Part shown: one piece after another, positions 8,542-11,916 of the stretch | Numbering within the stretch: position 1 is the stretch's first letter | Layout of the letters: the number at the start of each line of letters is the position of its first letter | Assembly (NCBI GenBank): GCA_965199825.1 | Contig: CBDATP010000003.1 | Location: 1 to 11,916, forward strand | Direction of reading: 5' to 3' | Length of the DNA stretch: 11,916 bases | From: Bdellovibrionales bacterium | GTDB taxonomy: Bacteria > Bdellovibrionota > Bdellovibrionia > Bdellovibrionales > UBA1609 | The notes under the pieces: model-generated | Told to the model about the DNA's origin: nothing | Seen by the model: only the letters and a program-made list of their open reading frames with translations | Database searches by the model: none | Made by a program: the position numbers and the translations under genes

Positions 8542-10676
8542 ACCCCCCTCATAGAATCGCAGACATTAGCCATCCCCTTATATACATGCAAGGAAGTTAA
8601 TTGGAATCAAAGTTAACCAAACTTTTTATCAGAATATTCCACTCAATTATTTTTAGCCACTCAGTCTCTCCATTCAATGCACTCATATTTTAATCCGCAC
8701 TTCTCCTGTCCATCCTCTATCATCACGCAAAGTTTCAATTTTCAATTCCAACATCATACATTTCACTTATCTAAAAAGTCATTTGTTGCATTTTTTCACA
8801 ACAAATAAATGGAAATTTTAAATGTGCAAGGGAATTTTTGAGAAAATAACAAAGAACTTTTCATGAAAGTTTATATTACAATAATATACGGGTTTACCCT
8901 AGTTTTAGTTATAATAATTGAATTATTTTATTTAAATTTCAATTAATTTCAATTAAATTAAAATACAAAAATTTAATTCTAACAATTGAAACAAGAATAT
9001 TTTCAGAGATAGAAAGACATTGGTCGGTCATTCCGAGCACAGGACATCTATCGCTGGCATAGCATCCCTTCTACAACCTATCTAACCCGTTCTCTCCCTA
9101 TCCCCCCTTATTGCAGACCAGATCTAACCCAATGTCTTCCCTTCAATCCTGATCTCCTTTAGGTCACCAACATCATCGACCTCAACGACAGACTAGTCGA
9201 GCCTTCAGGCCATCAACTGTTGGCTTTTCCGCGACATATCTGTCTTATAACATGCACACAACCCCTCGACGACCCAAACCCAAACCTCTCATACCATCTG
9301 GAGGGGTGACAAGATAGGGTCGCCTAAGAAGTAGCGAAGCCGATCTGCCACGGCTATAACTAAATCCGCAAAGTCTCCCGCCTCTGTCCACACTTTCTGC
9401 CACAAGTATGGGAGCTCGACTTACATGCAAGAGGTGGTCAATGAACCAATTGGAAGCGGTGAGACCACTTCTTTTTGGCCAACAACATCGGCTCTGATAG
9501 GTAGGATGGCGATAGTCGAGGGGCTAAAGGTATAAGGGGTGTGCACTTGGATATTAATGGGACCACAGACCAAAGCTCACGCCATTTGGACACTGGTTTA
9601 AAGTGAGCAACAAAAAGAATATATGATAAGCAGCGAAACTGGACCGGTAGGGACGACCACTACCATCTGCCAACACTTGTCGGCCGGTCCAACGGTCTGC
9701 AATTGTCTCTTAAAATAGAGAACATTGGTCTCACTGGGCTCTGGACACAGAGGGTGTCGGTCGGTTAGTCAGAGAAGACAAGGAACAGCGTCTCTGATAT
9801 GTTGTTCTGTGGTGAATGTGGTGATGTGCGCTGAGAGCCAGTGTGTCTTCCTTTGCGGGGGACACAAATGTTGGGTTGGATTGGATTTGGAGTCCGTCAA
9901 CCATTGGTGATCACCAGCGAGACCGATGTCCGACCCATCGCCAGATGACCGACAATGACTGTCCTCTGCGCCGACGTTCGCCTCATCAGCACTCGACGTA
10001 CGACACGAGTCACCGAATCTACAGATGTATCACCGGCTCGGCTCCACATTGGTGTGTCACTCAATGGTGAGTGGCCACTGGTTGTTCGGTTGTGTTCGGA
10101 GTGTGCACTTAGTCAACGACGACCCGACGAAGACCTGTCCTCTGCCCGTCTGGCTATGCGCCGGACGTGGAAACGGCAGCAGTCATAGACTCACCGATAG
10201 TATCGCACACTCGACACACCGACAACCTTTGGTCAGCGGACAATATTTCCGTCCGCTCTTCGTTTGGGTTCCTCGTTATTGGTTGTACTTAATGTCTGCA
10301 TTGGTTTCCGGCATATTATCACTGAAGCCATGGGACGCTTATTAGGGACTGACTTTGTCAGAGGTAATGTAACGGTATGTATCACATTTAACCCATTCTT
10401 TCCTCAGGTTTTAGATTTTCACCGATGCTATGCCAGCGATAGATATGGATTAGGATTGGCTAAAAGGGGGGTTCCCCTGAAGCCCCCCTAGAATCGAAAA
10501 TTTTTGAACCGTGAATTGGATTTAACCATTAATTCAACTGGATTTAATCATAATTTAGCTAAATTAACTTTAATTTAGTGTAATTAAGCTTTAAATAAGG
10601 CTAATATGTAGAAATTTCTGCCAATTCGTAACCCCCCCCCCCTGGAGACCCGAAAAGACTTAATCCTTATAGCTAG
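8542..10676. repeat. Repeat unit copy 5 (2135 bp)
   Basis: Same sequence as copy 1 by inspection; C11 run at 10632-10642. Confidence 0.98.
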
Positions 10677-11916
10677 ACCCCCCTCATAGAATCGCAGACA
10701 TTAGCCATCCCCTTATATACATGCAAGGAAGTTAATTGGAATCAAAGTTAACCAAACTTTTTATCAGAATATTCCACTCAATTATTTTTAGCCACTCAGT
10801 CTCTCCATTCAATGCACTCATATTTTAATCCGCACTTCTCCTGTCCATCCTCTATCATCACGCAAAGTTTCAATTTTCAATTCCAACATCATACATTTCA
10901 CTTATCTAAAAAGTCATTTGTTGCATTTTTTCACAACAAATAAATGGAAATTTTAAATGTGCAAGGGAATTTTTGAGAAAATAACAAAGAACTTTTCATG
11001 AAAGTTTATATTACAATAATATACGGGTTTACCCTAGTTTTAGTTATAATAATTGAATTATTTTATTTAAATTTCAATTAATTTCAATTAAATTAAAATA
11101 CAAAAATTTAATTCTAACAATTGAAACAAGAATATTTTCAGAGATAGAAAGACATTGGTCGGTCATTCCGAGCACAGGACATCTATCGCTGGCATAGCAT
11201 CCCTTCTACAACCTATCTAACCCGTTCTCTCCCTATCCCCCCTTATTGCAGACCAGATCTAACCCAATGTCTTCCCTTCAATCCTGATCTCCTTTAGGTC
11301 ACCAACATCATCGACCTCAACGACAGACTAGTCGAGCCTTCAGGCCATCAACTGTTGGCTTTTCCGCGACATATCTGTCTTATAACATGCACACAACCCC
11401 TCGACGACCCAAACCCAAACCTCTCATACCATCTGGAGGGGTGACAAGATAGGGTCGCCTAAGAAGTAGCGAAGCCGATCTGCCACGGCTATAACTAAAT
11501 CCGCAAAGTCTCCCGCCTCTGTCCACACTTTCTGCCACAAGTATGGGAGCTCGACTTACATGCAAGAGGTGGTCAATGAACCAATTGGAAGCGGTGAGAC
11601 CACTTCTTTTTGGCCAACAACATCGGCTCTGATAGGTAGGATGGCGATAGTCGAGGGGCTAAAGGTATAAGGGGTGTGCACTTGGATATTAATGGGACCA
11701 CAGACCAAAGCTCACGCCATTTGGACACTGGTTTAAAGTGAGCAACAAAAAGAATATATGATAAGCAGCGAAACTGGACCGGTAGGGACGACCACTACCA
11801 TCTGCCAACACTTGTCGGCCGGTCCAACGGTCTGCAATTGTCTCTTAAAATAGAGAACATTGGTCTCACTGGGCTCTGGACACAGAGGGTGTCGGTCGGT
11901 TAGTCAGAGAAGACAA
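10677..11916. repeat. Repeat unit copy 6 (partial, 1240 bp, cut by the window end)
   Basis: Matches positions 1-1240 of copy 1. Confidence 0.98.

Larger units (their letters stand above)
1..11916. repeat. Near-perfect tandem array or concatemer of a 2135-bp unit (about 5.6 copies)
   Basis: The start sequence ACCCCCCTCATAGAATCGCAGAC recurs at 1, 2136, 4271, 6407, 8542 and 10677. The ORF track repeats with identical translations at steps of 2135, 2135, 2136, 2135 and 2135 bp. Confidence 0.99.

Noticed and set aside
1..11916. CRISPR array
   Set aside because: There are no short direct repeats separated by unique spacers; the whole 2135-bp unit repeats and no cas gene is present.

Overview
The whole window is a head-to-tail array of one 2135-bp unit: five full copies plus 1240 bp of a sixth. 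The only difference I found between copies is one extra C in a poly-C run of copy 3. I found no credible protein-coding gene, rRNA, tRNA or CRISPR array; the listed ORFs are short, overlapping and unrecognisable. A perfect 21-bp inverted repeat (ATCTATCGCTGGCATAGCATC ... GATGCTATGCCAGCGATAGAT) splits each unit into two parts. The first is a 1357-bp GC-balanced, CpG-rich, hairpin-rich non-coding cassette. The second is a 736-bp mostly AT-rich segment with clustered palindromes, short direct repeats, C-runs and a minus-strand TATATAAGGGG motif. Two readings fit. One is a concatemer of a 2.1-kb non-coding circular element (minicircle, cryptic plasmid or satellite) with an origin/promoter-like part and an IR-closed structured cassette. 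The other is a recently homogenised chromosomal macrosatellite, possibly derived from an rDNA spacer. The sequence alone does not identify the organism or the function.
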